Shown here in pieces: positions 28,184 to 37,637 of a stretch of 64,000 nucleotides of DNA. Source of the DNA: an uncultured Longilinea sp. GTDB lineage: Bacteria; Chloroflexota; Anaerolineae; Anaerolineales; Anaerolineaceae. The stretch covers positions 17,305 to 81,304 of the forward strand of contig CAZHYQ010000011.1 in NCBI GenBank assembly GCA_964536805.1, written 5' to 3'. Position 1 is the first letter of the stretch; each line of letters opens with the position of its first letter. The translations under genes were made by a program, and so were the position numbers. Below the pieces are notes generated by a model that had not been told where the DNA came from, ran no database searches, and saw only the letters and a list, made by a program, of their open reading frames with translations.

Positions 28184-28899
28184 CCAGGCAGAACTTCGCC
28201 CTGGCAGTATTTCTTTTGTTGGTTTTTACGCGCCAAAGTGACGCAACTGCGGCCGCGCACCTGGAAGCCCGTTTTTGAACAGATCAGCGCGGTATCGCCT
28301 TCAATTCCGACCAGCAGGTATTTTTGGACCAGCAGTGGGATGGCATTCTTTAAGAAACCAGGCAATTCGTCAAAGTGCGGCATGACGATGCTGTTGGGCA
28401 AATAGGCAAAGGATGGTTGCAGGTTGAACGGATTCTGACCGCGTGGTACGCGTTCTCCGAATATCATGGCGCCAGCGCTGCAGCCCGCTACCACGCCCCC
28501 GCCGGCAAGGACCGACTCGATTGCCTGCCAGACGGGCGTATTCACCAGCGTTTCCCACAAATAGGCGGGTTTTCCGCCCGAAAGATACACAAAATTGGCA
28601 GCGCGTATTTGATCTGCGTAAGCTGCGACATTGGCAGAATCGCGGTCGATGACCGGTAGGGCTTGTACTGTGGCTGCACCCAGGTTCTGGAAGTGCTCAA
28701 TGCCCAGCTGATTCCAATAACCGATGCGTTCATCGCCTTCGGTGCCGGCTGCCGTGGGCAGGCAGACCACATTGGCAGGCTGCTTCAGCCAATCCATCAG
28801 CCAGCGGTCGACCGGCTGCATACCGGGAAGGTATTCGCCGCTGCCCACCAGCGCCAGCAAGCCATCGCCGGGAAGATTAGCCTGCAATTCCAGGTTCAT
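28180..28899 (-). CDS. Peptidase S51 / cyanophycinase-like class I glutamine amidotransferase-fold protein
   Basis: LALVGSGE, LPTAAG, YLSGGKP, AGCSAGAM (nucleophile Ser), MPHFD and GIEGDTAL motifs. Confidence 0.85.
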   Translation of the reverse strand: MNLELQANLPGDGLLALVGSGEYLPGMQPVDRWLMDWLKQPANVVCLPTAAGTEGDERIGYWNQLGIEHFQNLGAATVQALPVIDRDSANVAAYADQIRAANFVYLSGGKPAYLWETLVNTPVWQAIESVLAGGGVVAGCSAGAMIFGERVPRGQNPFNLQPSFAYLPNSIVMPHFDELPGFLKNAIPLLVQKYLLVGIEGDTALICSKTGFQVRGRSCVTLARKNQQKKYCQGEVLPG

Positions 28900-31229
28900 G
28901 GCAATGAGGCGTAATAAAGCTGGTTGCCAAAAGCGAAAACGGCCAGACGGCCCGGTGTGACCGCAAAAGCCGTCACGGCCTGGTTTGGCAAGGTGAAATC
29001 GGCATTCACCGCGGGCCGGAGTACTTTTGCCAGGTAAAGCTGCAGGCTGAACTGATAGATCGCCGGGCCTTTCTTGCCATCCAAAATATAAAGGGAGGCT
29101 TCAGGCGGCTGGGTAACCTGCAGATGCATAAATTGCGCATCGCTAAAGGCAACCGGGTTCTGCTCGCGGCCCGCCCGCGCATCCTCGTAGGGAGCAGGAT
29201 CGGTGCAGCGGGTCGGCGAGAAGTCGAAATTGCTGTAGGTACAGCGGCTCATTTGACCGGACTGGTGCAGTAGATACAGATCATCCTGGTAGATGGTCAA
29301 ATCGATGGCATCCGCCATGACGGGCACTTCACGGTCAAAAAAGAGCCGCGGCATGTCAGGAAAGATCAGATCGGTGCCATCGTAACGCCAGACGGCATTG
29401 TTTTTGACATCCAGTACATAAAGAACATTCTGGCTGTAGGCAATGGAGACAATCTGTCCCCATCCATTGTCTGGGGGCTTTAGGGTGGTCTGGTTGGAGG
29501 CGGTGATATTTGGGCCGCACAAGAGCAAATTGCCGGTATCGTCGATGCCCATTACAGTTGCCTTGTGCGAATTGGTGAGCGGGACGGCAACCAAATCGAT
29601 CAACGGTCGAATGATCACGGATCCTTTTTCGCCAGGCGAACAATCAAACTTCGGATCCACTTCATAACCCTGTCCGGTCAAAAACAGGCGCATAATGCGT
29701 CCCTGGCTGGAATCCAGCAAATACAGGTCAGTGCTCGAGGTGACGATGCGGGTAATATTGACCGGCGATCCAAAGCCACCCGACAGGGCAGGTTGCAAAT
29801 TCAAGCGGGTGATTCCATCCAACGAATCCAACGCTGCCTGCACCTTATCGCGGTCAGCCACCGATTGATCGGAACGGCCGTAGTTTTCAGCCTGTTTGAT
29901 CCAATATAGCGCTTGTTCCCAACTGGCGCGCTGCAGGGCAGCGTCAGTCTGTTCGCCGGCCTGTTGAATGAATTTTTCGGCCTGTACCAGGTAGGTGGCG
30001 TGTTGCTCGCCTCGGCCGCTGCGGAAATAAACCGTCATTGCCAGTGCAACGACCACCAGCGGAATAACCAGGGCAATAAAAAGCATCGAAGCTGTAGAAA
30101 GACCGCGTTGGTCGCCGTTGTTGGGCAACATTCGCAATGTAAATGTTTTGACAGCCTGCCCAACGCGCGATCTGAAGGCGTTGTAACCCTTCCAAATTCC
30201 GGAAATCCGCCGGCGCGTGGCCGGATTAAGCGTGGCAGGTGCAGCTTTGCGGCGTTCACGGGCGGTACGAGGTACATCGGCGGCTGCAGCCGGCGGCGTT
30301 GTTTGTGCAACAGGAGGCGCAACCTGGCGGTGAATGGTTGCTATGGATTCTTCCGGAGGCAGTTCCAGTCCATCCAATGATGCATCAACTTCACTTGAAA
30401 CACCGGATGAAGTTGATTCGGAAGAATATTCATACGGCAGGGGCGGTGCCGCAGCTGGCGCGATTGGAATATCGGCTGCCGGAACGGTTGTCAAAGGATT
30501 GTTGACGGCTGTTGGCTCAATTTTCTGCGGCGGTTGACCGCGCAGGGGACGCACTTCGCCAGACCCGGGTTGTATCTGGAGGATCACTGCCTGTAAATCG
30601 GGGCCGCTTTGCCCGGTCAACCGGCGGCGGATGGCTTCGCCGCCCAATTGATTCAGATTCGAAAGCACGGCTGGCGACCACGCCGGCGGCGGGTAGGGAC
30701 TGACCAATAGTAAATCGCCAGGACCTAAGCCTGGCTGGTAAAACCGCAGGGTTGAGGTCCGGCTCAGCCCTAAGCCACGTCCCAGGCTGGCATCTTTAAT
30801 TACATCGACCCGGGAGCCAGAGATAATAAAAGAGCTTGCCTGGCCGGCCTGGGCAAGCAGTATTTGATCTTTGTGAATGACCAGAAAGGTCAAAATGCCA
30901 GCAGCTTGCAATCCTTCGCGGGCCGTCTTAAGATTGCGCTCCAGCAGGAATTCGTTCACAGAATCTGCGGCTTCGCGTAAACCCGAGGTCACCGAATGCT
31001 GTGAGCGGTAATATACCTCGGCTGTGTGCAGCAACAGGCTTTCTTGAGCAGGCGCTGGCAGCGGAGAATTACCATCAAGGCCAAGCAGGATCAGCAGAAT
31101 ATCGCCGTTGCGGTTGCGGGAAGCTTTGCGCGGCGATTGTGATATGAACAATCCAGGCAGGCTGCTTTGTTCCTGACCGGCGGCCAGTGAAAGGGGATGA
31201 AAAAGAAGATCAAACAAGGTCGTATCCAA
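28896..31229 (-). CDS. Hypothetical membrane-anchored protein: degenerate PP2C-like domain, Pro-rich linker, TM, helical region, beta-propeller
   Basis: LLAQAGQA...GDLLLVS resembles the PP2C beta-sandwich but lacks the SDG motif. One TM (FIALVIPLVVVALAM), then NHL-like blades (LYLLDS..GRI, LYVLDV.NNAVWRY, LYILDG). Confidence 0.6.
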   Translation of the reverse strand: MDTTLFDLLFHPLSLAAGQEQSSLPGLFISQSPRKASRNRNGDILLILLGLDGNSPLPAPAQESLLLHTAEVYYRSQHSVTSGLREAADSVNEFLLERNLKTAREGLQAAGILTFLVIHKDQILLAQAGQASSFIISGSRVDVIKDASLGRGLGLSRTSTLRFYQPGLGPGDLLLVSPYPPPAWSPAVLSNLNQLGGEAIRRRLTGQSGPDLQAVILQIQPGSGEVRPLRGQPPQKIEPTAVNNPLTTVPAADIPIAPAAAPPLPYEYSSESTSSGVSSEVDASLDGLELPPEESIATIHRQVAPPVAQTTPPAAAADVPRTARERRKAAPATLNPATRRRISGIWKGYNAFRSRVGQAVKTFTLRMLPNNGDQRGLSTASMLFIALVIPLVVVALAMTVYFRSGRGEQHATYLVQAEKFIQQAGEQTDAALQRASWEQALYWIKQAENYGRSDQSVADRDKVQAALDSLDGITRLNLQPALSGGFGSPVNITRIVTSSTDLYLLDSSQGRIMRLFLTGQGYEVDPKFDCSPGEKGSVIIRPLIDLVAVPLTNSHKATVMGIDDTGNLLLCGPNITASNQTTLKPPDNGWGQIVSIAYSQNVLYVLDVKNNAVWRYDGTDLIFPDMPRLFFDREVPVMADAIDLTIYQDDLYLLHQSGQMSRCTYSNFDFSPTRCTDPAPYEDARAGREQNPVAFSDAQFMHLQVTQPPEASLYILDGKKGPAIYQFSLQLYLAKVLRPAVNADFTLPNQAVTAFAVTPGRLAVFAFGNQLYYASLP

Positions 31230-31405
31230 TCCGGTCCTGAGTGCTGGTTGAGGTGATTATACATCAAAGCCCTGGGTTGATTGCCAGGCTACTGGTTACT
31301 AAGCAACATCCGTGCCAGTTAGGCCGTCCAGTAAAAGGCATTCAACCTGACTTGAGTTGACCAAGGGGACCTGACCGTTGGTATGCAATTATTAGCGGAT
31401 ACGGT

Positions 31406-32305
31406 TTATTCTTCCCAATCGTCCGGTTCAATGTGGACGTATGCCCGATCGACATCGGGGAGTGCCTGCAGACGCCGGCTGACCTCATCTGAAATTAAAT
31501 GCGCTTCACTCAAAGTAATGTTACTGTCCAGGTTGATGTGCAAATCCACCATCAATTTGGGACCGACGTAATCGGTCATTGTATGGTGCACGCGGATAAC
31601 GCCAGGTACCGATTCGGCGATTTCGACAATCTGCTGCCGCAATTCCTCGCTCGCACCGGCACCGGTTAGAAATTTCAGGTTTTCTCGCGCCGCGTTGAAG
31701 GCAGCCCGGAAAATCCAGGCTGCAACAATCAGACCGGCAATTGGATCCAACAGAGACCAGAAAGATGAACCGACAATCCCGATAAACGCGGCCATGGATG
31801 TCATTACATCGCTTAAATTATCGGCGGCAGTGGTGGACAGGGTGGGGCTGTTGACTTTTTTGGCAATACGGCGGATGGAAACAAACATGCCAGCTTTTAT
31901 TAGTGCCGCCATCACCAATACGAAGACTGGCAATCCCAATTCAATTTTTTGGCCGCCAGCGATGAACCGTGCAATGGAATTATGGGCTGCTTGATACCCA
32001 GCGAATGCCATCGAAAATGTTACCATCAAACCCACCAGGGGTTCGAAACGGCCATGCCCTTGCGGGTGGCTGATATCTGGCGGGCGCTGCGCCACCCACA
32101 GACCTAACACCATCAGGAGTGAATAGGCAACATCCGATACCGAATTGGCTGCATCGGCATACAGCGCGGCGCTGCCTGAAATGGCAGCCGCAATCCCCTT
32201 GGCAACTGCCAGCAGGATATTTCCTGCCACAGTAATGATCAATGCCGTGCGAAAAAGTCTTCCTCTTTCAGGCTCCGGCTGATAATCGCGAACCCAACGC
32301 ATCAT
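31406..32305 (-). CDS. Cation diffusion facilitator, probably Mn2+-type (MntE-like)
   Basis: ADAANSVSD (TM2), HPQGHGRFEP, AADNLSD (TM5) and a C-terminal dimerisation domain ending VHIEP. Start taken at 32305. Confidence 0.9.
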   Translation of the reverse strand: MMRWVRDYQPEPERGRLFRTALIITVAGNILLAVAKGIAAAISGSAALYADAANSVSDVAYSLLMVLGLWVAQRPPDISHPQGHGRFEPLVGLMVTFSMAFAGYQAAHNSIARFIAGGQKIELGLPVFVLVMAALIKAGMFVSIRRIAKKVNSPTLSTTAADNLSDVMTSMAAFIGIVGSSFWSLLDPIAGLIVAAWIFRAAFNAARENLKFLTGAGASEELRQQIVEIAESVPGVIRVHHTMTDYVGPKLMVDLHINLDSNITLSEAHLISDEVSRRLQALPDVDRAYVHIEPDDWEE

Positions 32306-32475
32306 CCAGCTTCTTTCGAAAAAAAACACCCGGTCGAGCGGGTGACCGCAACCAATTAACAGGCGCAAGTATAGCACACCTGTTACGGGATTTGCTATTA
32401 ATTCAGGCAGTACCATTCCCTACTTTTGTCTAGTGCGAAACCCCGGGGATTATTGGTAAAGTAATTGTGGCGTAA

Positions 32476-32499
32476 CAACTTAAAAAAAACATTCCCGTA
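32476..32499 (+). promoter_or_regulatory. Putative ECF-sigma promoter of the Lia-like cluster
   Basis: CAAC (32476-79), 16-bp spacer, CGTA (32496-99): the AAC-N16-CGT pattern of many ECF promoters. Confidence 0.35.
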
Positions 32500-32565
32500 T
32501 GGATAGATGCAGGTCAACGTACCTGGCGAATGAAACGAAACAAATCTTTGAAAGGGCTTGATGAC

Positions 32566-33072
32566 ATGGAAACGAAACAACGTTCTGGTTTGGCTTTCGG
32601 ATCGATTATCCTGCTCGTCGGCATCTGGCTGCTGGCCGTACAGATTGTACCTTCGTTGCGGATTTGGGCTCAGCAGTTTGAAACCTGGCCGATGATCATT
32701 CTCGGCGCGGCGGCACTTTTACTGCTGCTGGGGCTTATTACCCGTGATGCAAATCTGATGGTACCAGCCTGTATTGTTGCCACGGTTGGCGGCATCCTGA
32801 TGGTCAACACCATGACTGGCAATTACCTCTCCTGGGCTTATGCCTGGGCTCTTCTTCCGGGCGGTGCTGGTGTTGGCGATGTCTTGGCTGGCATTATGGG
32901 AAGCGAACGCGGCCGCATAAATCGTGGACTGAATGAAATAGCCACCAGCCTCATTCTCTTTGTCATTTTTGCTTCGTTTTTTGGTGGACTGACCTGGTTG
33001 GGACCTTACTGGCCGGTGCTTGTAATTGTAGCCGGCCTGTGGCTGCTCGTCCGGGCATTTTGGCGAAAGTAG
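32566..33072 (+). CDS. LiaI/LiaF-TM-like membrane protein
   Basis: G.ILLLVG.WLL...WPMIILG at the N-terminus and GPYWPVLVIVAGLWLL at the C-terminus; all membrane. Confidence 0.7.
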   Translation: METKQRSGLAFGSIILLVGIWLLAVQIVPSLRIWAQQFETWPMIILGAAALLLLLGLITRDANLMVPACIVATVGGILMVNTMTGNYLSWAYAWALLPGGAGVGDVLAGIMGSERGRINRGLNEIATSLILFVIFASFFGGLTWLGPYWPVLVIVAGLWLLVRAFWRK

Positions 33073-33099
33073 TTCTTATTCAGATAGGTCGAGGAGAAA

Positions 33100-33900
33100 A
33101 TGATGCGACGCAACCGTCTTTTTTGGGGTTTCATTGTTCTGCTGGCTGGCGTTTTGCTTTTGATGAATACCCTCAATATTTTCACTTTCAATTTCTGGAG
33201 CGTTTTTTGGGCACTCCTGCTCATTCTGGCAGGCGTGTGGTTTTTACTGGGTCCGCGACTTTTCAAGCGTGAATTCAGCGAGGAGAAGGTTTCTATACCC
33301 CTGGAAGGCGCCAGTGAATCCGATATTCGTATCGATCATGGCGCTGGTCAATTGACAATAAATTCGGCCAGTCTGCCCGCAGAAATACTGAACGGTACAG
33401 TTTCAGGCGGTCTTGAAAAAGTGACCTCACGCAGCGGCAGCATTGTCTCGGTGAGACTTTCAATGGCTAAGGATAGCCTGTTGGTTCCCTTTCCCAATAT
33501 GGATTTCAAAGGTTTCATTTGGAATCTGGCAATTAACCGCGATCTTCCATTGCGGCTCGAACTCAACACCGGCGCTGGTGAAACGGTCCTTGACCTGAAC
33601 GACACATTGGTCAAACAACTCCGCATTGAAACCGGCGCCAGTTCCACCCGCGTAACGCTTCCATCGCGTGCCGGCATGACCCGGGTGGCCGCCAAAGCGG
33701 GCATGGCTTCACTGGAATTCAATGTTCCGCAGGGGGTCGCTGCCCGCATCGGCCTGCGCACAGGAATTTCAGGCACCAAAATCGACACAACCCGCTTTCC
33801 TCAAAATGGCGATACCTACCAATCGCCGGATTTTGACACTGCAGCCAACAAAGTGGACATCGAAATCGAAGCCGGCATGGGCGGCATTGAAATCCGGTAA
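33100..33900 (+). CDS. LiaF-like TM domain (DUF5668-like) plus beta-solenoid adhesin-like domain
   Basis: LFWGFIVLLAGVLLL...FWALLLILAG, followed by repeats such as IDHGAGQLTI, LNTGAGETVL, IETGASSTRV and IEAGMGGIEI. Confidence 0.75.
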   Translation: MMRRNRLFWGFIVLLAGVLLLMNTLNIFTFNFWSVFWALLLILAGVWFLLGPRLFKREFSEEKVSIPLEGASESDIRIDHGAGQLTINSASLPAEILNGTVSGGLEKVTSRSGSIVSVRLSMAKDSLLVPFPNMDFKGFIWNLAINRDLPLRLELNTGAGETVLDLNDTLVKQLRIETGASSTRVTLPSRAGMTRVAAKAGMASLEFNVPQGVAARIGLRTGISGTKIDTTRFPQNGDTYQSPDFDTAANKVDIEIEAGMGGIEIR

Positions 33901-33938
33901 TTGCTGGAATTTTCCGATCTTGATAATTGGAGTCTAAA

Positions 33939-34580
33939 ATGAAGAATTCAAATTCCTGGCGCGTTTTGGTTGGGGTGGGGTTGGTGCTGGTTGGCGCGTT
34001 GGCATTGCTGCAAACGCTTACCGGTTGGGAAATCGGGGGTATCTTCTGGGGTATTTTATTTGCCGCAGCCGGCGCGGGATTTCTGTATGTTTTATTTCAG
34101 GACCGCCGCCGCTGGTGGGCGGCCATTCCTGGCGTGATCCTCTTGGGAATCGGCGCGACCATTGTCCTTTCCACGGTGGCGCCAACTGCAGCAGAGTGGA
34201 TTAGCGGGTTAATCATTCTGGGTGGGATCAGTGCGGCTTTCTTCGCCGTATATGCGCTTAGTCCATTAAATTGGTGGGCATTAATTCCTGCTGGCGTGAT
34301 GGCTACCCTGGCACTGGTGAGTGTGCTGGACAATATTCATAACTTTGACAGCGGTTGGGTTTTCCTTTTGGGCATGGCAGCGACCTTTGCCATGGTGGCT
34401 TTGTTGCCAGAGCGGACCACAGGTCGAAAACTGACGTGGGCATGGTACCCCGCGGTTGCCCTGGCGGTGATTGCAGCTATCGTGTTGATTTCATCCTTTG
34501 AAGTCACCAGCGTAGTATGGGCGGTGCTGTTGATTGGCGGCGGCTTGCTGCTGGTCTGGCAGGCTATGCGGAAATCGTAA
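33939..34580 (+). CDS. Lia-like multi-TM membrane protein
   Basis: Internal repeat WWA.IP.G(V/I) x2 and WAWYPA; about 7 hydrophobic helices. Confidence 0.7.
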   Translation: MKNSNSWRVLVGVGLVLVGALALLQTLTGWEIGGIFWGILFAAAGAGFLYVLFQDRRRWWAAIPGVILLGIGATIVLSTVAPTAAEWISGLIILGGISAAFFAVYALSPLNWWALIPAGVMATLALVSVLDNIHNFDSGWVFLLGMAATFAMVALLPERTTGRKLTWAWYPAVALAVIAAIVLISSFEVTSVVWAVLLIGGGLLLVWQAMRKS

Positions 34581-34612
34581 TCCGGGATTCTTGGGTGAAG
34601 GAGAAAAATACC

Positions 34613-35680
34613 ATGGAAGAGAAACGAATTCAAACCCGGCACAGCCTTTTCTGGCCGTTGATGCTGATTGCTTTTGGGGTGGTGTTATTGATGACCAACA
34701 TGAATACTCTACCTGGCAATCTGTGGGACTATGTTGCGAAATACTGGCCGGTGTTATTCATCCTCAGCGGATTGGATCACATTTATCAGGGAAAGAATTG
34801 GGTTGGTGCGGTGATCCTGGTTGGGCTGGGAGGCGTCCTTTTGGCAGGCAACCTTAACCAGCTGCCCTGGAGCGGTTTGGATTTGTTGCTGCGCCTGTGG
34901 CCGGTGTTGATTGTGGCAGCGGGTCTGGATTTAATGATGCAGGGTCGGACATCAACACTCGGCGCAGTTCTCATCGTGCTTTTGGCAGTGGCCCTAGTGG
35001 CTGGCATGGTCTGGATCGGTTTTGCAGCACCTGGCAGCGCGGCAACAGCTCCCATTGAAGTTAACCAGCCCTTGCAGGGCGCTCAAAGCGCATCGGTGAT
35101 TCTTACAATTCTTACGGGGAATGCGAACATTGCCGGCGGGGCTGAAAGCAGCCAGTTAATCTCCGGCACAGTTTTTATGCCCAACCAGGTGAGAGCAAAG
35201 GAGAGTTATTCTGTTAATGGCGGCGAAGGCCGGTACGAACTGCAACCTGCGTCCAATACACGCATGCCGGTCTTTGGGTCAGTAAATGACAAGCAGACGG
35301 ATTTGAAAGTAAACAGCTCCATTCCCACAGATCTCAACCTGACCTTGATTGCCGGCGTGGAAAACCTGGATCTGCGTGCCATCAAAACCTCGGCACTGGA
35401 AACGGAAAACATCTTTGGCAGGACAGTCATCACGCTGCCATCCAATGGCCGTTTTACGGGAAAAGCCGGGGTCATTTTCGGCGAATTGATCGTTCGGGTA
35501 CCGCGCGGCGTGCCGGTTGAATTCAACATGGATACGGTCATTGTGGGAAAAGATTTTCCGCAGGATTTTCTGCGGGAAGGCGACAAGATCCTTTCGCCTG
35601 AGGCCGCCAGCGGCAGAGCCGATATCGTCCTGTCGCTGGAAAATGTGTTTGGCAGGGTAAAAATAGAATACTTGCCTTGA
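34613..35680 (+). CDS. LiaI-LiaF-like TM repeats plus LiaF C-terminal (DUF2154-like) domain
   Basis: LFWPLMLIAFG, YWPVLFIL.GL and LWPVLIVAAGLDL, then a beta-rich domain ending LENVFGRVKI. Confidence 0.75.
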   Translation: MEEKRIQTRHSLFWPLMLIAFGVVLLMTNMNTLPGNLWDYVAKYWPVLFILSGLDHIYQGKNWVGAVILVGLGGVLLAGNLNQLPWSGLDLLLRLWPVLIVAAGLDLMMQGRTSTLGAVLIVLLAVALVAGMVWIGFAAPGSAATAPIEVNQPLQGAQSASVILTILTGNANIAGGAESSQLISGTVFMPNQVRAKESYSVNGGEGRYELQPASNTRMPVFGSVNDKQTDLKVNSSIPTDLNLTLIAGVENLDLRAIKTSALETENIFGRTVITLPSNGRFTGKAGVIFGELIVRVPRGVPVEFNMDTVIVGKDFPQDFLREGDKILSPEAASGRADIVLSLENVFGRVKIEYLP

Positions 35681-35699
35681 CACTTAACGTTTGGTTGAT

Positions 35700-35739
35700 A
35701 AGGTGGACGGTCTACGACAGGCCTGTCCACCTTTTTCTT
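35700..35739 (+). terminator. Intrinsic terminator after the Lia-like cluster
   Basis: Stem AAGGTGGAC/GTCCACCTT with an inner GGTCT/AGGCC helix, followed by TTTCTT. Confidence 0.75.
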
Positions 35740-35747
35740 GAAAACAG

Positions 35748-35774
35748 GGAACTATTTGAAACAATTTTCGTCTA
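35748..35774 (+). promoter_or_regulatory. Putative RpoE-type ECF promoter of the SIMPL gene
   Basis: GGAACT (35748-53), 16-bp spacer, GTCTA (35770-74), about 30 nt before an AAAGGAG RBS. Confidence 0.55.
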
Positions 35775-35805
35775 GTATGTAATTGGAAACCAAAGGAGAA
35801 GAACC

Positions 35806-36528
35806 ATGTACAAGTACATTACCTTAGCTGTTATTGTTATCCTCGTCGCAGGTCTTTTGAGCGCCTGCTCGCCGGCTTCTGCGACCAATTCTTTAAATCC
35901 TTACCCCCGCCAATTGAGCGCCTCCGGCCAGGGAAAGGTTTACATCGTGCCTGATTTGGCTTACATCTACATCGGAGTTCGCGTTCAAACGGCCAATTTA
36001 AGCGATTCGCTCAACCAGAGCAATAGCAAGTCCGCCGAGATCGCCTCGCAATTGAAGGAGCTTGGGGTGGCCGATCAGGATATCCAGACAAGTGCCTTCA
36101 ATGTTTATCCGCAGCAAAACTACGACCAGAACGGTCAATCTACCGGCACGGAGTATGTGGTCGAGAATACCGTGAATGTGACGGTACGCGATCTGAATAA
36201 ACTTGGCCAGGTGCTGGATTCAGTCGTCCGGTCGGGTGCCAACAGCATCAACAGCATCTCGTTCGATGTAGCCGACCGCGCTGCCGCTGAAAAACAGGCC
36301 CGTGAACTGGCGCTCAAAGATGCGCGGGCTCGTGCCGAAGAAATTGCCGGAATCTCTGGCGTCGAACTTGGCAAGCTGATTTCAGTCAGCGTTTACAACT
36401 CTGGCTCTCCTGCCCCAGTTTATGAAGGCAAGGGCGGTGCGGCGATGTCGAGCTCGGGTCAGGTGCCTGTGGCGGCCGGCCAGCTGCTCATCACCGCTGA
36501 TGCCAGCGTGTCCTTCGAAATCAAGTAG
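35806..36528 (+). CDS. SIMPL-domain (DUF541) lipoprotein
   Basis: Lipobox LLSA-C. Motifs G.GKV..VPDLA...GV, DIQTS.FNVYPQ, V.VRDLNKLGQVLD and GANSINSISF. Confidence 0.9.
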   Translation: MYKYITLAVIVILVAGLLSACSPASATNSLNPYPRQLSASGQGKVYIVPDLAYIYIGVRVQTANLSDSLNQSNSKSAEIASQLKELGVADQDIQTSAFNVYPQQNYDQNGQSTGTEYVVENTVNVTVRDLNKLGQVLDSVVRSGANSINSISFDVADRAAAEKQARELALKDARARAEEIAGISGVELGKLISVSVYNSGSPAPVYEGKGGAAMSSSGQVPVAAGQLLITADASVSFEIK

Positions 36529-36549
36529 AAGTCCCTTCCTCAAATCAGA

Positions 36550-36583
36550 AAACAAGGCGCCGGTAATTACCAGCGCCTTGTTT
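36550..36583. terminator. Bidirectional intrinsic terminator (SIMPL / glpX)
   Basis: 11-bp stem AAACAAGGCGC/GCGCCTTGTTT between convergent genes. Confidence 0.8.
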
Positions 36584-36600
36584 GATTCATTTAGTAAAGT

Positions 36601-37587
36601 TTAGTAATGAATTTCGCTGATGCGGGAAAGTTTGGCGAAGCTGTGTTGCGCGTTGATACGGCGCACGGTGCCGGTCAATCCGCGCATGACAATACTTTCG
36701 GTTGTGGCACCGGCCCCAGTATAAGAGACGCCATGCAGTAATTCGCCGCCGGTAATGCCGGTGGCGGCAAAAAAAGTGTCTTCAGAAGAAACCAAATCTT
36801 CCAGTTTGAGCACTTTGTCGAGCTGGTAACCCAGATCGATGCCTTTCTGGCGTTCCTCATCGTTTCGCGGGAAAATTTTCCCCTGCATATTTCCACCCAG
36901 GCAACGCAGCGCACAGGCTGCAAGCACGCCTTCAGGAGTACCGCCTACACCCATCAGAATGTCAATACCGGTCTCTGGAATGGCTGTCATCAAAACGCCG
37001 GCCACGTCGCCATCCGGAATCAGCCGGATGCGGGCATTGAGACGGCGTACTTCAGCGATCAGATTCGCGTGCCGCGGGCGGTCCAGGATGACGACGGTCA
37101 GGTCTTCAACATCCATGCCTTTGGCCCGGGCAACGGCATGCAGGTTGTCGCTGACCGATGCGTTGATATCGATGACATCGCGCGCCTCTGGTCCAACGGC
37201 GATTTTATCCATGTATACAAAAGGACCAGGGTTGAACATAGTGCCGCGCGGGGCCAGGGCTACAGTCGAGATCGAGTTATAGAGGCCATGAGCCAACGGG
37301 CGCGTACCGTCTATGGGATCTACAGCGATGTCCACCTCTGGCGGCTCGCCGTTGCCAAGATGCTCGCCGTTATAAAGCATGGGGGCTTCATCTTTTTCGC
37401 CTTCACCAATCACAATGATGCCATCCATCTCAACTTCGTTTAGAACCAGCCGCATGGCATCAACCGATGCTTTGTCCGCGGCAATTTTATCTCCGCGTCC
37501 CATAAACCGTCCGGCAGCCAGGGCGGCCGCCTCCGTTACACGCACCAGATCAAGGGCAAGGTTACGCGTTGGCTTGGAGTGTTTCAT
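36601..37587 (-). CDS. glpX: Class II fructose-1,6-bisphosphatase
   Basis: LVRVTEAAALAA, IGEGEKDEAPML, AVDPIDGT, LDRPRH, GGTPEGVLAACA and FAATGIT motifs. Confidence 0.97.
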   Translation of the reverse strand: MKHSKPTRNLALDLVRVTEAAALAAGRFMGRGDKIAADKASVDAMRLVLNEVEMDGIIVIGEGEKDEAPMLYNGEHLGNGEPPEVDIAVDPIDGTRPLAHGLYNSISTVALAPRGTMFNPGPFVYMDKIAVGPEARDVIDINASVSDNLHAVARAKGMDVEDLTVVILDRPRHANLIAEVRRLNARIRLIPDGDVAGVLMTAIPETGIDILMGVGGTPEGVLAACALRCLGGNMQGKIFPRNDEERQKGIDLGYQLDKVLKLEDLVSSEDTFFAATGITGGELLHGVSYTGAGATTESIVMRGLTGTVRRINAQHSFAKLSRISEIHY

Positions 37588-37637
37588 TTTGCCTCCTCAG
37601 GATGAATGGATCGGCTACGGCTGGCAATCCGCCAGGG

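Noticed and set aside
31230-31405. 6S RNA, SRP RNA or riboswitch in the 175-bp intergenic region
   Set aside because: Only short scattered inverted repeats, with no long closing helix or signature motif that I could fold. An Infernal/Rfam search would settle it.
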